From Deltaproteobacteria bacterium (GTDB lineage: Bacteria; Myxococcota_A; Polyangia; Polyangiales; Houyiibacteriaceae), in the NCBI GenBank assembly GCA_034670305.1, contig JAXMNT010000016.1:1-64000 (forward strand): 64,000 nucleotides of DNA, written 5' to 3'. Below the pieces are notes generated by a model. That model saw nothing but the letters and a program-made list of their open reading frames with translations, was not told where the DNA came from and did no database searches. The position numbers were made by a program, and so were the translations under genes. Shown piece after piece: positions 48,962 through 62,544 of this stretch. Position 1 is the first letter of the stretch. Every line of letters starts with the position of its first letter.

Positions 48962-49822
48962 TCAGCGGTCGCACAACGCAGCCCGAACGGCGCCCTCGCA
49001 CTCCGTACGGATCGGGTCGACGGCGCGGGTGAGGATCTGGAGGGCCGCGACGTTGCGCCGCGCGTCCGCCGCGGACTCTTCGGTCACATCCGAGCCGCGT
49101 TCCGCGAGTCGGAGAAGGGCGCGATACGACGCGAGCGCTTCGGACCAGGCGCCACGGCTTCGGGCGAGTTCCGCCCGCAACGCGTGGGCCGCCGCGGAGT
49201 CCGGTTCGCGTTGCACGAGGTGCCGCAAGACCTGCGCCGCGTCCGCGTCTCGATCCAGTTGTCGCAACACGCGCACGTAGACCAGGGACAGCGCTTCGTT
49301 CTCTTGGTGCCGACGCCGCCCGACCTCGACCACCTCGAGCGCGCGGAGCGCCCCACCCTCTCGGGCCAGGTAGACGTTGGCGAGCTCCACGTAGGCCGGC
49401 ACGAACGAGGGATCGACCTGGATCGCCCGCCGGAAGAACGAGACTGCGCTGAGCGGATTGCCCGCCAAGACCAGTGCTTGCCCAGTCCGCTGAAGCCGCT
49501 GCGCCCGGCCGCTGCGACCGCCCGCCATCCCTTCAGCGAGCGTCGACCCCTGGGCCGAGGCCGAGGGACCCCACGATCCCCAAGCGACGAGCCCGGCGAG
49601 CAAGACAACGATCCGCAGTGCTGGCCTCTCCGAACGCAGTGCTGGCCTCCCCAATCGCAGTGCTGGCCTCCCCAATCGCAGTGCTGGCCTCCCCAAACGC
49701 AGTGCTGGCCTCTCCAAACGCAGTGCTGGCCTCTCCAAACGCAGTGCTGCCCTCTCCAAACGCAGCGCGTCCCGGCGAAACCGAGGGGTCGACTCATCGA
49801 AACGCGGGCGAAAGAGAATCAT
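48962..49822 (-). CDS. Secreted TPR protein; the 5' part of the ORF is a 21-nt tandem repeat
   Basis: Signal-like IVVLLAGLVAWG...ASAQ; TPR motifs (FRRAIQVDPSFVPAYVELA, EPDSAAAHALRA). True start uncertain. Confidence 0.7.
   Translation of the reverse strand: MILFRPRFDESTPRFRRDALRLERAALRLERPALRLERPALRLGRPALRLGRPALRLGRPALRSERPALRIVVLLAGLVAWGSWGPSASAQGSTLAEGMAGGRSGRAQRLQRTGQALVLAGNPLSAVSFFRRAIQVDPSFVPAYVELANVYLAREGGALRALEVVEVGRRRHQENEALSLVYVRVLRQLDRDADAAQVLRHLVQREPDSAAAHALRAELARSRGAWSEALASYRALLRLAERGSDVTEESAADARRNVAALQILTRAVDPIRTECEGAVRAALCDR
49614..49760. repeat. 21-nt tandem repeat, 7 copies (CGCAGTGCTGGCCTCYCCAAW)
   Basis: Units start at 49614, 49635, 49656, 49677, 49698, 49719 and 49740. 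Confidence 0.95.
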
Positions 49823-49913
49823 GCGGAGGGGTGAAGGCGTTGCGCCGGACAGTCACCCAGTGTAGTCGAGCCCGGGGCGTGGCTCGGCAATTCCACCGCT
49901 CCGCCCAATTCCC

Positions 49914-52900
49914 ATGCGCACAGCAGCCTTCCTCGCGTTCTTCCTCTCCGGCGCCTCGAGCCTGATCTTTCAATCGATCTGGTCGCGGATGCTCCACAAA
50001 GTGTTCGGGGCCAGCAGCGTCGCGATCAGCACCACCGTCGCGGTCTTCATGGCCGGTCTCGGGCTGGGCGCGTTCATCGCCGGCAAGTACGCCGACCGGA
50101 TCAAACACCCGCTCATCACCTACGGCATCATCGAGGCGGTCGTCGGCGCCTGGGCGCTCCTCGTGCCCTACCTCGTGGATCCCGAGGGGTGGCTCGCGGG
50201 CGTGAACTCGTACCTGCGCAACGAGTACGGCGCCGAGTCCATGGGCTTCATGCTCGCGCGGTTCGCGTGTGTGGTTCCGGTGCTCCTGGTGCCGACCACG
50301 ATGATGGGCGCGAGCCTGCCGCTGCTCTCGCGGCACTTCGTCCAGCGCGAGAGCGACTCGGGCAAGGTCGGGTCCTGGGTCGGCGCGCTCTACTCCGTGA
50401 ACACATTCGGAGCCTGCGCCGGCGTCGGGCTCGGGGCATTCATCCTCATGCCCTCGATCGGCGTGAAGCTGACCAACAGCGTCGCCGCGGGCATGAACTT
50501 CGCCCTGTTTCTGATGATCTTCGGGTTCCGCCGCTTCCTGCTCGGCAACACCTGGAAACCCGGTGAGAAGCTCTCGTTCCTCCCGACCAAGAAGGTCGCG
50601 GAGACGAAGTCCGCGGACCCCGAATCGGAGGACGCGGAAGCGGACGGGGAGCCCGCCGAAGACGAAGTCGAGGCCCAAGAGAGCGAGGACGGCAAGTCTT
50701 CGAAACGGAAGAAGAAGGACAAACGCGCCAAGCGCGCGGAGGTGCCTGCGCCGACGCCCGAGCCCGACCCCGACGACGAGAACCTGCCCGCGATGCCGAT
50801 CCCGGCCATCGCCCGCAGCATGGCGCTCTTCGCGTTCGCGGCCTCCGGGTTTGCGTCCCTCTGCTACGAGGTCGTCTGGTCCCGCTCGCTCGCGATGACG
50901 ATCGGTTCGTCCTTCCACGCGTTCTCGCTAATCCTGCTCACGTTCCTGATCGGCATCGGCGGCGGCAGCGCGGTCGCGTCTGGCGTGCTCGCGGGCAAAC
51001 GCATGCTCGGCAGCGTCGCGATCACCTGCGTGGTGCTGACGTTCTTCGCCAACACGAGCTGGGCGGTCGAGAGCGACGTCGCGACCTACCTGATGGTGAG
51101 CACCGTCTTCGCGCTCCCCATCGTGATCATCTGGGGCGCGGTGACCCAGAGACGCAAAGCGCTCGCCGAGGCGGGACCGCTCCGTTTGCCGGTCCTCCCC
51201 ACCCTCCTCGTCCTCTGCGTGCCGGCCGTCGCCGCGCTCATCAACCTCGTCTCCCACGCTGGACGCCTCAGCTCCATCGTCGCGGCGGTCACGCTCTGCA
51301 TCTCGGCGTTCCTTGCGCTGCTCGTGTCGCTGCGCCGGTACCCGGTGATGCAGCTCGCGATGATGACCCTGTTCATCGCCGCGGCTGCGTTCGTGAACTA
51401 CATCTTCCAAGACGAAGTGCCGTGCGCCTTCGCCGCGCTCGTCTCGACGATCGAGACGCTCTACGAGAGCGTCGGCGTCGTCCAGTTCTTCATGTTCTTG
51501 ACCGTGGTGCTCTGCACCCTGCCGGCCACGCTCGGCATGGGCGCGATGTTCCCGCTCGTGCTCCGGGTGTGGACCCGCGGCGGCGACAACGTCGGCCGCG
51601 ACGTGGGCAACGTCTACGCCGGCAACACGCTCGGCTCGATCCTCGGCGCATGGCTTCCCGGCTTCGTGTTGATGCAGTCGCTCGGCATGGAGCGAACCAT
51701 CATCGTCGGCATGTTCGTATACCTCGGCGCCACGCTGCTCCTGCTCGTCGCCGCCGCGGCCGATCGGCCGGCGTCGGTCGGACTCGAGACGCTCGACGAA
51801 AAGAAGAAGACCAAAGCCGCGAAGAAGAAGGCCAAGGCCGAGAAGAAGAAGGCCGAAGAAGACGACGAGCTGTTCGGTGAAGGGCGGGATCCGAACGCCC
51901 CACCGGCCTGGTACGCCGTCACCATCTACGTGCTCGCGCCGCTGGTGCCGCCGATGGTCGTCCTGCTCTTCCTGCTGGGCTGGAAGCCCGGTTTCTTCGA
52001 GACGCTCGAAGACATGCGCTGGAACCTCTCGCAGATGACGCTCGGCGTGTTCCGCGTATCGCTCGCGGAAGATGCGTGCAGCGACGGCTGGGGCGAACCC
52101 GATCTCGTCTACTACCACGACGGACTGAGCACGACCGTCTCCGTCGAGCGGTGGGGCCGGCACTACGCGCTGAAGAACAACGGCAAGGTCGACGCCTCGA
52201 ACGGCGACGACATGCCGACGCAGATCATGGTCGCCGCGTACCCGCTCTTGATGCACGACGCGGGCGCCGAAGATCTGGACGTCGCCATCATCGGTTTCGG
52301 CTCAGGCGTGACCGTCGGCTCGACCCTGAAGTTCCCGGTACGGTCCGTCGACGTCATCGAACTCGAACGCTCCATTCCGGAAGCGAGCAAGTTCTTCGCC
52401 GAGGTGAACCACCTCGAATACGTGCACACGGACTTTCCCTACGTGGAGATGGATCGGCTCACGGTCATCAACGACGACGGTCGCAACTACTTGGCCAGCA
52501 CGGACAAAGAGTACGACCTCATCATCAGCGAGCCGAGCAACCCCTGGATCACGGGCGTCTCGGATCTGTTCACGACGGACCACTTCCGGATCACCAAGCA
52601 GCGGCTGCGGCCCGGCGGCATCTACTGCCAGTGGGTGCAGCTCTACGAGCTCAGTCCGGAGAACATCAAGACCATCTACCGGACGTTCGCCTCTCAGTTC
52701 GAACACGTGGTCGTGTTCTCCGCCGAGGACCTGTCGAGCGACACCGTGCTGCTGGGTTCGGACTCACCGCTGCCGCTGGACATCAACCGCATCCGGCAGA
52801 CCTACCAGCTGCCCGGCGTCGCGGAGGAACTCGAGCGCGCGTACATCCACTCGCCCTACGACGTCTTCGCACGCGTGTTGCTCGCAACCCGCGACGAGGT

Positions 52901-53858
52901 GCAGCAGTTCACTCAGATCGAGAGCCGTCTGCGCGGCGGCGTCTGGACCGAACACCCGGACTCCAACAACGATCCAGACCACGGCTGTCCGCCCGCGAGC
53001 TGCCGGCGCGATCCAGTGATCTTGAACACCGACGACAACGCCCACATCGAGTTCCAAGCGCCACGGGATCTCATCGGCTTCCAACGCTACGACGGCTACC
53101 TCGCGAACATCTATGCGATCGACTGGCCCTTCGGACGGCTCGCCGCGAACATCGAAGGCTTCGGCGATGGGCCCGATTCCGCGGAGGCGCTGGCCGAGAT
53201 GGCGATGTCCCTCATCGCGCACAACAAGAAGGCGGAAGCGGCCAGCTTCATCACGCGTTCTCAGGACGCGGGTGGCAGCCGCACCACGATCATCGCCGCG
53301 GAGATCCTCACCCGCTTGATGACGGGGGAAGGCGAACCCGCCTTGCGCGTGGAGCCGCCGGTGCCCGGTCCGCAGCTCGCTGCCCGCGAAGCCCGCACCT
53401 TGATGGAGGGGTTCGAAGCCGTCCGTCAGGCGGTCGACATCGGCTCCTACGGAACCGCGCTGGCCGCGATGGAAGAGATCCCCGTGCCGCTTCGGCTGCA
53501 CAGCGGCCCGGGCCTGCGCATGCTCTACGGTTACCTGCTCTACAAGACCGCGGGCACCTACCAGTCCCGCTACCGCGAGGCGATCGAGCAGTTCGAAGAC
53601 CTCATTCGGAGCGAAGAGACGTACATCCTTCGCCACCCGGAGATCTTCTACTTCCTCGGCCGTGCCCACGACGCGGAGCTCAACTTCGACAAAGCCCTGC
53701 GCAACATGCGCATCTTCGTCGAAGCCCGACTCCAAGCGATGGAGGAGGCCGAGCTTGCCCCCGACGTCGCACCGACCACCGACGACCCGGATGCCGAGGA
53801 CCCGCCGGACGGAAGCCAGAAAGCCGACCGCCAGGACGACGCACCCGCGCCCGAGTGA
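49914..53858 (+). CDS. Fused multi-TM / spermidine-synthase-like (SAM-binding) protein
   Basis: FFLSGASSLIFQ, FMAGLGLG, LYSVNTFGA membrane repeats; LKNNGKVDAS, IIGFGSGVT, DGRNYL, DLIISEPSNPW, CQWVQLYE. Confidence 0.88.
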   Translation: MRTAAFLAFFLSGASSLIFQSIWSRMLHKVFGASSVAISTTVAVFMAGLGLGAFIAGKYADRIKHPLITYGIIEAVVGAWALLVPYLVDPEGWLAGVNSYLRNEYGAESMGFMLARFACVVPVLLVPTTMMGASLPLLSRHFVQRESDSGKVGSWVGALYSVNTFGACAGVGLGAFILMPSIGVKLTNSVAAGMNFALFLMIFGFRRFLLGNTWKPGEKLSFLPTKKVAETKSADPESEDAEADGEPAEDEVEAQESEDGKSSKRKKKDKRAKRAEVPAPTPEPDPDDENLPAMPIPAIARSMALFAFAASGFASLCYEVVWSRSLAMTIGSSFHAFSLILLTFLIGIGGGSAVASGVLAGKRMLGSVAITCVVLTFFANTSWAVESDVATYLMVSTVFALPIVIIWGAVTQRRKALAEAGPLRLPVLPTLLVLCVPAVAALINLVSHAGRLSSIVAAVTLCISAFLALLVSLRRYPVMQLAMMTLFIAAAAFVNYIFQDEVPCAFAALVSTIETLYESVGVVQFFMFLTVVLCTLPATLGMGAMFPLVLRVWTRGGDNVGRDVGNVYAGNTLGSILGAWLPGFVLMQSLGMERTIIVGMFVYLGATLLLLVAAAADRPASVGLETLDEKKKTKAAKKKAKAEKKKAEEDDELFGEGRDPNAPPAWYAVTIYVLAPLVPPMVVLLFLLGWKPGFFETLEDMRWNLSQMTLGVFRVSLAEDACSDGWGEPDLVYYHDGLSTTVSVERWGRHYALKNNGKVDASNGDDMPTQIMVAAYPLLMHDAGAEDLDVAIIGFGSGVTVGSTLKFPVRSVDVIELERSIPEASKFFAEVNHLEYVHTDFPYVEMDRLTVINDDGRNYLASTDKEYDLIISEPSNPWITGVSDLFTTDHFRITKQRLRPGGIYCQWVQLYELSPENIKTIYRTFASQFEHVVVFSAEDLSSDTVLLGSDSPLPLDINRIRQTYQLPGVAEELERAYIHSPYDVFARVLLATRDEVQQFTQIESRLRGGVWTEHPDSNNDPDHGCPPASCRRDPVILNTDDNAHIEFQAPRDLIGFQRYDGYLANIYAIDWPFGRLAANIEGFGDGPDSAEALAEMAMSLIAHNKKAEAASFITRSQDAGGSRTTIIAAEILTRLMTGEGEPALRVEPPVPGPQLAAREARTLMEGFEAVRQAVDIGSYGTALAAMEEIPVPLRLHSGPGLRMLYGYLLYKTAGTYQSRYREAIEQFEDLIRSEETYILRHPEIFYFLGRAHDAELNFDKALRNMRIFVEARLQAMEEAELAPDVAPTTDDPDAEDPPDGSQKADRQDDAPAPE

Positions 53859-54074
53859 GGTTCGGGGCTTCGGCACTTCGCCAGCGCGGTCTGCCAGCCG
53901 CTGGATGTCACCTGTACTACGCACCACGACCCCCAAGTGCGTAGACTGCTTCGCGCGATCGCCTGCCTACCTTCACCCACAAATCCCGACCGGTCGGTCG
54001 GTTTGTAGGCCAAGCCCTGGACATCACGAGCGAAACCCAGACGAGTCACCCTCGATACCCGCGCGGCTCCAAAG

Positions 54075-54091
54075 TTGGCACACCGCATGCT
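54075..54091 (+). promoter_or_regulatory. Sigma54 (-24/-12) promoter
   Basis: TTGGCAC-ACCGC-ATGCT with exact GG-N10-GC spacing, upstream of a small gene. Confidence 0.65.
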
Positions 54092-54166
54092 CTAGGCACA
54101 CCCGAGATGTCACGGGGCTCCACAGCAAATCTCGGCGAAGTCGCCGAACCCAAAGACAAACCAACG

Positions 54167-54391
54167 ATGAAGACCGGGGAGAACGACGTGCAAGCAGCAG
54201 CAGCGACCAGTGAAGCGGCAGATCATGGCCGCATCAGCAGTCCCGCCGGAGACGCGCGCGCGCTTCGAATCCTCGCCAAGTCCGTCTACCGCGAGCTTCG
54301 TGCCAGCGGTCACAGCCGCTCCGACATCGTGGGCTTCACGAACGCGCTGCTCGAGCTGGTGACGACGGACCTGAAGTCCGGCGACCAGTAG
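54167..54391 (+). CDS. Small hypothetical protein
   Basis: RALRILAKSVYRELRASGHSRSDIVGFTNALLELVT; GC-rich third codon positions; own promoter and terminator-like hairpin. Confidence 0.7.
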   Translation: MKTGENDVQAAAATSEAADHGRISSPAGDARALRILAKSVYRELRASGHSRSDIVGFTNALLELVTTDLKSGDQ

Positions 54392-54414
54392 CCCTCTTCG
54401 TGGCTTGAGTGCCG

Positions 54415-54440
54415 AGCCCGTCGATTCGTCGGCGGGCTTT
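54415..54440 (+). terminator. Terminator-like hairpin
   Basis: AGCCCGTCGA-TTCG-TCGGCGGGCT followed by a short T run. Confidence 0.55.
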
Positions 54441-54638
54441 CGCAATTCTCATGGGGCTGGCAAGTGGCCCGAGGAGCCCAGCACAGGTCTAGTTGTCGCC
54501 GACTGGGTGGAGCACAGTGCGATCCTTTGTGCGTGTGGTCCCGGGCATCCTTGACCTTTGGGGGCGCAAGACTAAGTGTCGTGCCGCGAGCGGCGCGACG
54601 CGACGAACTCGCATTCCCGAAGACTGAGGAGCGAAGGC

Positions 54639-55652
54639 GTGAGCACGAAGATCGGCATCAATGGTTTCGGACGCATCGGACGCTGTGTGGCGCGGGCCAT
54701 CCTGGCGGACCCCAAAAGCGACCTCGAGATCGTCGGCATCAACGACCTCACCGACGACGCGACCCTCGCGCACCTGCTGGAGTTCGACTCGGTGCATCGC
54801 CGATTCGAACACGAGGTGTCGGCGGTGGACGGTGGCCTCCAGATCGGCGATCGCACCATCGCGACGAGTGCCGAACGCGACCCGTCGAAGCTCAAGTGGA
54901 AGGACCTCGGCGCCGAGGTCGTGCTCGAATGCACGGGCGTGTTCCGCAACAGCGACACGGCCAAGCCGCATCTCGCCGCGGGCGCCAAGAAGGTCATCGT
55001 CAGCGCGCCCGCCAAGGGCCCGATCGACGCCACGTTCTGCGTGGGCATCAACACCGACTCGTACGACGCGTCGAAGCACCACATCGTGAGCAACGCGTCC
55101 TGCACGACGAACTGCCTCGCGCCGGTCGCCAAGGTCGTCGACGAGACCTTCGGCATCGTGAAGGGCCACATGGTCACGGTCCACAGCTACACGAACGACC
55201 AGCGCATCCTCGATCTGCCGCACTCGGACCTGCGCCGCGCGCGCGCCGCGGGCCTCTCGATGATCCCGACCAGCACCGGCGCCGCCAAGGCCGTCGCGCT
55301 CGTCCTCCCGCAGCTCGCCGGCAAGTTCGAAGGCTGCGCCATCCGCGTGCCGACCCCGGACGTCTCGCTCGTCTGCCTCACGGTCGTCGTCGGCAAACAG
55401 ACCACGGTCGAAGAAGTGAACGGCGCGCTCCAAGCCGCGGCCGAAGGTCCACTCAAGGGCATCCTCTACTTCGAGACCAAGCCGCTCGTCTCCAACGACT
55501 TCATCGGCAACCCGCACTCGTCCATCGTGGACGCGGCCCAGACCCAGGTGGTCGGCGGCGACATGGTGGAGATCCAGGCCTGGTACGACAACGAGTGGGG
55601 TTTCAGCAACCGCATGATCGACCTGACCCGCGTGCTCGTCGGAAAGGGCTGA
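54639..55652 (+). CDS. gap: Glyceraldehyde-3-phosphate dehydrogenase
   Basis: GINGFGRIGR, SNASCTTNCLAP, HSYTNDQ, IPTSTGAAKA, WYDNEWGFS. Confidence 0.98.
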   Translation: MSTKIGINGFGRIGRCVARAILADPKSDLEIVGINDLTDDATLAHLLEFDSVHRRFEHEVSAVDGGLQIGDRTIATSAERDPSKLKWKDLGAEVVLECTGVFRNSDTAKPHLAAGAKKVIVSAPAKGPIDATFCVGINTDSYDASKHHIVSNASCTTNCLAPVAKVVDETFGIVKGHMVTVHSYTNDQRILDLPHSDLRRARAAGLSMIPTSTGAAKAVALVLPQLAGKFEGCAIRVPTPDVSLVCLTVVVGKQTTVEEVNGALQAAAEGPLKGILYFETKPLVSNDFIGNPHSSIVDAAQTQVVGGDMVEIQAWYDNEWGFSNRMIDLTRVLVGKG

Positions 55653-55653
55653 G

Positions 55654-56856
55654 ATGTTCGAGTCGCTCGAGGATCTTCCGCTCGCGGGCCGGCGGGTGTT
55701 CATCCGCGTCGACTTCAACGTCCCGCTGGAAGAAGGCCCCAAAGGTGGGCGGGTGGTCGGCGACGACACCCGCATCACCGCCGCGCTCAAGACCATCCTG
55801 TACGTGATCGAAGCGGGCGGACGCGTGGTCCTCGCGTCGCACCTCGGTCGACCGAAGGGCAAGCGGGTCGACGCGTTCGGTATGGAGCCGGTCGCGCAGC
55901 ACCTCGCCTCACTGCTGCCCGAAGGCGAAGTCATCCTTGCGGACGACTGCATCGGGGACGGTGCGCGCAAGGTCGTCGGTGACCTGCGCGATGGCCAGGT
56001 CGCGCTCCTCGAGAACCTCCGGTTTCACGAAGGCGAAGAGAACAACGACGAAGCCTTTGCGCGGGAGCTCGCGAAGCTCGCCGACGTGTTCATCAACGAC
56101 GCGTTCGGTGCCGCCCACCGGGCCCACGCCTCGGTCGCCGCGCTGCCCGCCCTCATCAAGGACAAGGGCGCCGGGTACCTGATGCGCTCGGAGTTGGTCG
56201 CCCTCGACAAACTCCGAGGCGAGGTGAAACGCCCTTACGTCGCCATTCTTGGCGGCGCCAAGGTCAGCGACAAACTCGGCGTCATCGAGTCCCTTCTCGA
56301 GCGCGTCCAGACGTTGATCATCGGTGGCGCCATGGCGAACACCTTCCTCGCGTCCCAGGGACTGCTCATGGGTGCGAGCCTCGTCGAAGAAGACAAACTC
56401 GCCCTCGCCCGCAACCTGCTCGAGAAGGCGCAGCGCCGAAACGTCAACGTGCTGCTGCCCGTCGACCTGCGCATCGGGAAGAGCCTCGACGACCCGATGG
56501 GCCAGGTCGCCGAACTCGAAGTCCCCGACGGCCAGATGGCGCTCGACATCGGGCCAGCCACCGAAGTCGAATACGCCGCCGCGATCGCAGAGGCGGGCAC
56601 CGTGTTCTGGAACGGTCCAATGGGCCTCTTCGAGAACAAGGCGTTCGCCTCGGGCACCTTGGCGGTCGCGCGGGCCCTCGCGTCCTGCCGCGGGTTCACG
56701 GTGGTCGGCGGCGGAGACAGCGTCGCCGCCGTTCAGGATGCCGGCACGGCCGACCAGTACGACCACGTCTCGACCGGTGGGGGCGCGAGCCTGCAGTACT
56801 TGCAGGGCGAGCGGCTGCCGGGCGTCGAAGCCCTCCGCACGAAAGTCATCGGATGA
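55654..56856 (+). CDS. pgk: Phosphoglycerate kinase
   Basis: RVDFNVP, SHLGRP, LLENLRF, NDAFGAAHRAHAS, GGAKVSDK, WNGPMG, STGGGASL. Confidence 0.98.
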   Translation: MFESLEDLPLAGRRVFIRVDFNVPLEEGPKGGRVVGDDTRITAALKTILYVIEAGGRVVLASHLGRPKGKRVDAFGMEPVAQHLASLLPEGEVILADDCIGDGARKVVGDLRDGQVALLENLRFHEGEENNDEAFARELAKLADVFINDAFGAAHRAHASVAALPALIKDKGAGYLMRSELVALDKLRGEVKRPYVAILGGAKVSDKLGVIESLLERVQTLIIGGAMANTFLASQGLLMGASLVEEDKLALARNLLEKAQRRNVNVLLPVDLRIGKSLDDPMGQVAELEVPDGQMALDIGPATEVEYAAAIAEAGTVFWNGPMGLFENKAFASGTLAVARALASCRGFTVVGGGDSVAAVQDAGTADQYDHVSTGGGASLQYLQGERLPGVEALRTKVIG

Positions 56857-57599
56857 GTCGAACACCCCTCATCGCGGGCAACTGGAAGTTGCACAAGACC
56901 ATCGCCGAGGCGCGCGCGCTCGCAGCCGGCCTGAAGGACGCACCGTCCAAGCACGTGGAGGTGCTCGTCGCGCCGGTCGCGACCGCCCTGCACGCCGTCG
57001 TCGAGACGCTGGCGGGCTCCGGTGTGTTCGTCGCCGGCCAGAACTGCCACTCCGAGAACCAAGGCGCATTCACCGGCGAACTGAGCCCGCTGCTGCTCGC
57101 CGATGCCGGCTGCACCCATTGCATCGTCGGCCACTCGGAGCGCCGCCAGATCTTCGGCGAAACCGACGCGGGCGTGAACCGGAAGGCCCACACGCTCCTC
57201 GAGGTCGGGCTGACGCCGATTGTCTGTGTGGGCGAGACCCTCGCCCAGCGCGAGGCTGGGGAGACGCTCGCGGTGGTGAAGTCCCAGGTGGACGGCGCCC
57301 TCGCAGGCCTCGACGTGGCCAAGCTGATTCTGGCCTACGAACCGGTCTGGGCCATCGGCACCGGCAAAACCGCTTCTCCCGCCGATGCGCAGGCCGTGCA
57401 CGCCGCCATCCGCGGCTGGCTGGCGGACGCCCATGGGGAGGTGGCACAATCGGTACGGATCCTCTATGGAGGATCGGTCAAACCGGCCAATGCCGCCGAT
57501 CTCCTCGCGGAGACCGACATCGATGGAGCGCTCGTCGGCGGCGCTTCCCTCGACCCAGACACCTTCCTGCCGATCGTGCACGCCGCACACAAGAGCTAG
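56853..57599 (+). CDS. tpiA: Triosephosphate isomerase
   Basis: AGNWK, GAFTGE, GHSERR, AYEPVWAIGTG, LYGGSV, LVGGASL. Confidence 0.98.
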   Translation: MSRTPLIAGNWKLHKTIAEARALAAGLKDAPSKHVEVLVAPVATALHAVVETLAGSGVFVAGQNCHSENQGAFTGELSPLLLADAGCTHCIVGHSERRQIFGETDAGVNRKAHTLLEVGLTPIVCVGETLAQREAGETLAVVKSQVDGALAGLDVAKLILAYEPVWAIGTGKTASPADAQAVHAAIRGWLADAHGEVAQSVRILYGGSVKPANAADLLAETDIDGALVGGASLDPDTFLPIVHAAHKS

Positions 57600-57608
57600 A
57601 GCCCCACC

Positions 57609-58118
57609 GTGTTCACCTTCCTCAGCATCGTCTACGTATTCGTCTGCCTGTTCCTCATCCTCGTCGTGCTGCTTCAGTCCGGCAAAGGTGGCGGCATGGG
57701 TTCGGCCTTCGGTGGTCCCGGTGGAGCAGGCACGGCCGTGTTCGGCGGCGCGGGCGCGGGCAACGTGCTCACCAAGATCACCGCGGTGTGCGCCGCGCTC
57801 TTCATGATCCTGAGCGCCACCCTCGCCTACCTCTCGTCGCCCGGCGACCAGGCCCTCGAGAACGCCGCCGCCGCCGTGAGCGGCATCGGCGGCGAAGGCG
57901 ACGACGACGAAGAAGCCACCTCGCCGGAAGAGGCCGCCACCGAGCAGGAAGCGACCGAAGAGGAAGCGACCGAAGAGGAAGCGACCGAAGAGGAAGCGAC
58001 CGATGAGGAAGCGACCGATGAGGCAGCCGATGAGCCCGAGCTGGAGCTCGACGAAGAGGCCGCGGCCGACCTCGCCGAGGACATCGAGGAAGCGCTCGAG
58101 CCCGAAGGCGCCGAGTAG
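57609..58118 (+). CDS. secG: Preprotein translocase subunit SecG with acidic repetitive tail
   Basis: LILVVLLQSGKGGGMGSAFGG...NVLTKIT; located after tpiA; (EEATE)n tail. Confidence 0.92.
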   Translation: MFTFLSIVYVFVCLFLILVVLLQSGKGGGMGSAFGGPGGAGTAVFGGAGAGNVLTKITAVCAALFMILSATLAYLSSPGDQALENAAAAVSGIGGEGDDDEEATSPEEAATEQEATEEEATEEEATEEEATDEEATDEAADEPELELDEEAAADLAEDIEEALEPEGAE

Positions 58119-58197
58119 GCACCTACGCAGCGCCCACGTACGAGCCGAGCCCCACACCCGTGGCGCTCGGCTTCTCTGTGTCTGGCTGGACGCCGGC

Positions 58198-58446
58198 GGA
58201 TTCGGCATCGGCTTCGGCTTCGGGCGTCGGCTTCGGCTTCGGCTTCGGCTTCGGCGTCGGCGTCGGCTTCGGCGTCGGCTTCGGCGTCCGGCTTCGGCTT
58301 CGGCGTCGGCGTCGGCGTCGGCGTCGGCTTCGGCTTCGGGCGTCGGCGTCCGGCTTCGGCTTCGGCTTCGGCTTCGGCTTCGGCGTCGGCGTCGGCTTCG
58401 GCGTCGGCTTCGGAGTCGGCTTCGGCTTCGGCTTCGGCTCCGGCTT
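58198..58446. repeat. About 250-bp TTCGGC/GTCGGC hexamer array between convergent genes
   Basis: Seen directly; occasional 1-nt slips break any reading frame. Confidence 0.95.
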
Positions 58447-58482
58447 GAAACCGCAAGGACGGGGCGGGGCCCCGACTCGAGC

Positions 58483-62448
<3,966 letters not shown>

Positions 62449-62544
62449 CCCGTCAACTACGGGACGTCCCCACAACCACTGTACACTGTGCGATTCATTT
62501 TTGCCCGCTTCGCCGCGCCTTGTGGGGGCCGCAGATGCGTTAGC

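Noticed and set aside
58119-58482. tRNA-Leu after secG, or a (GF)n / (AEAD)n protein
   Set aside because: No cloverleaf or T-loop seen; the ORFs are translations of a hexamer array with frame slips.
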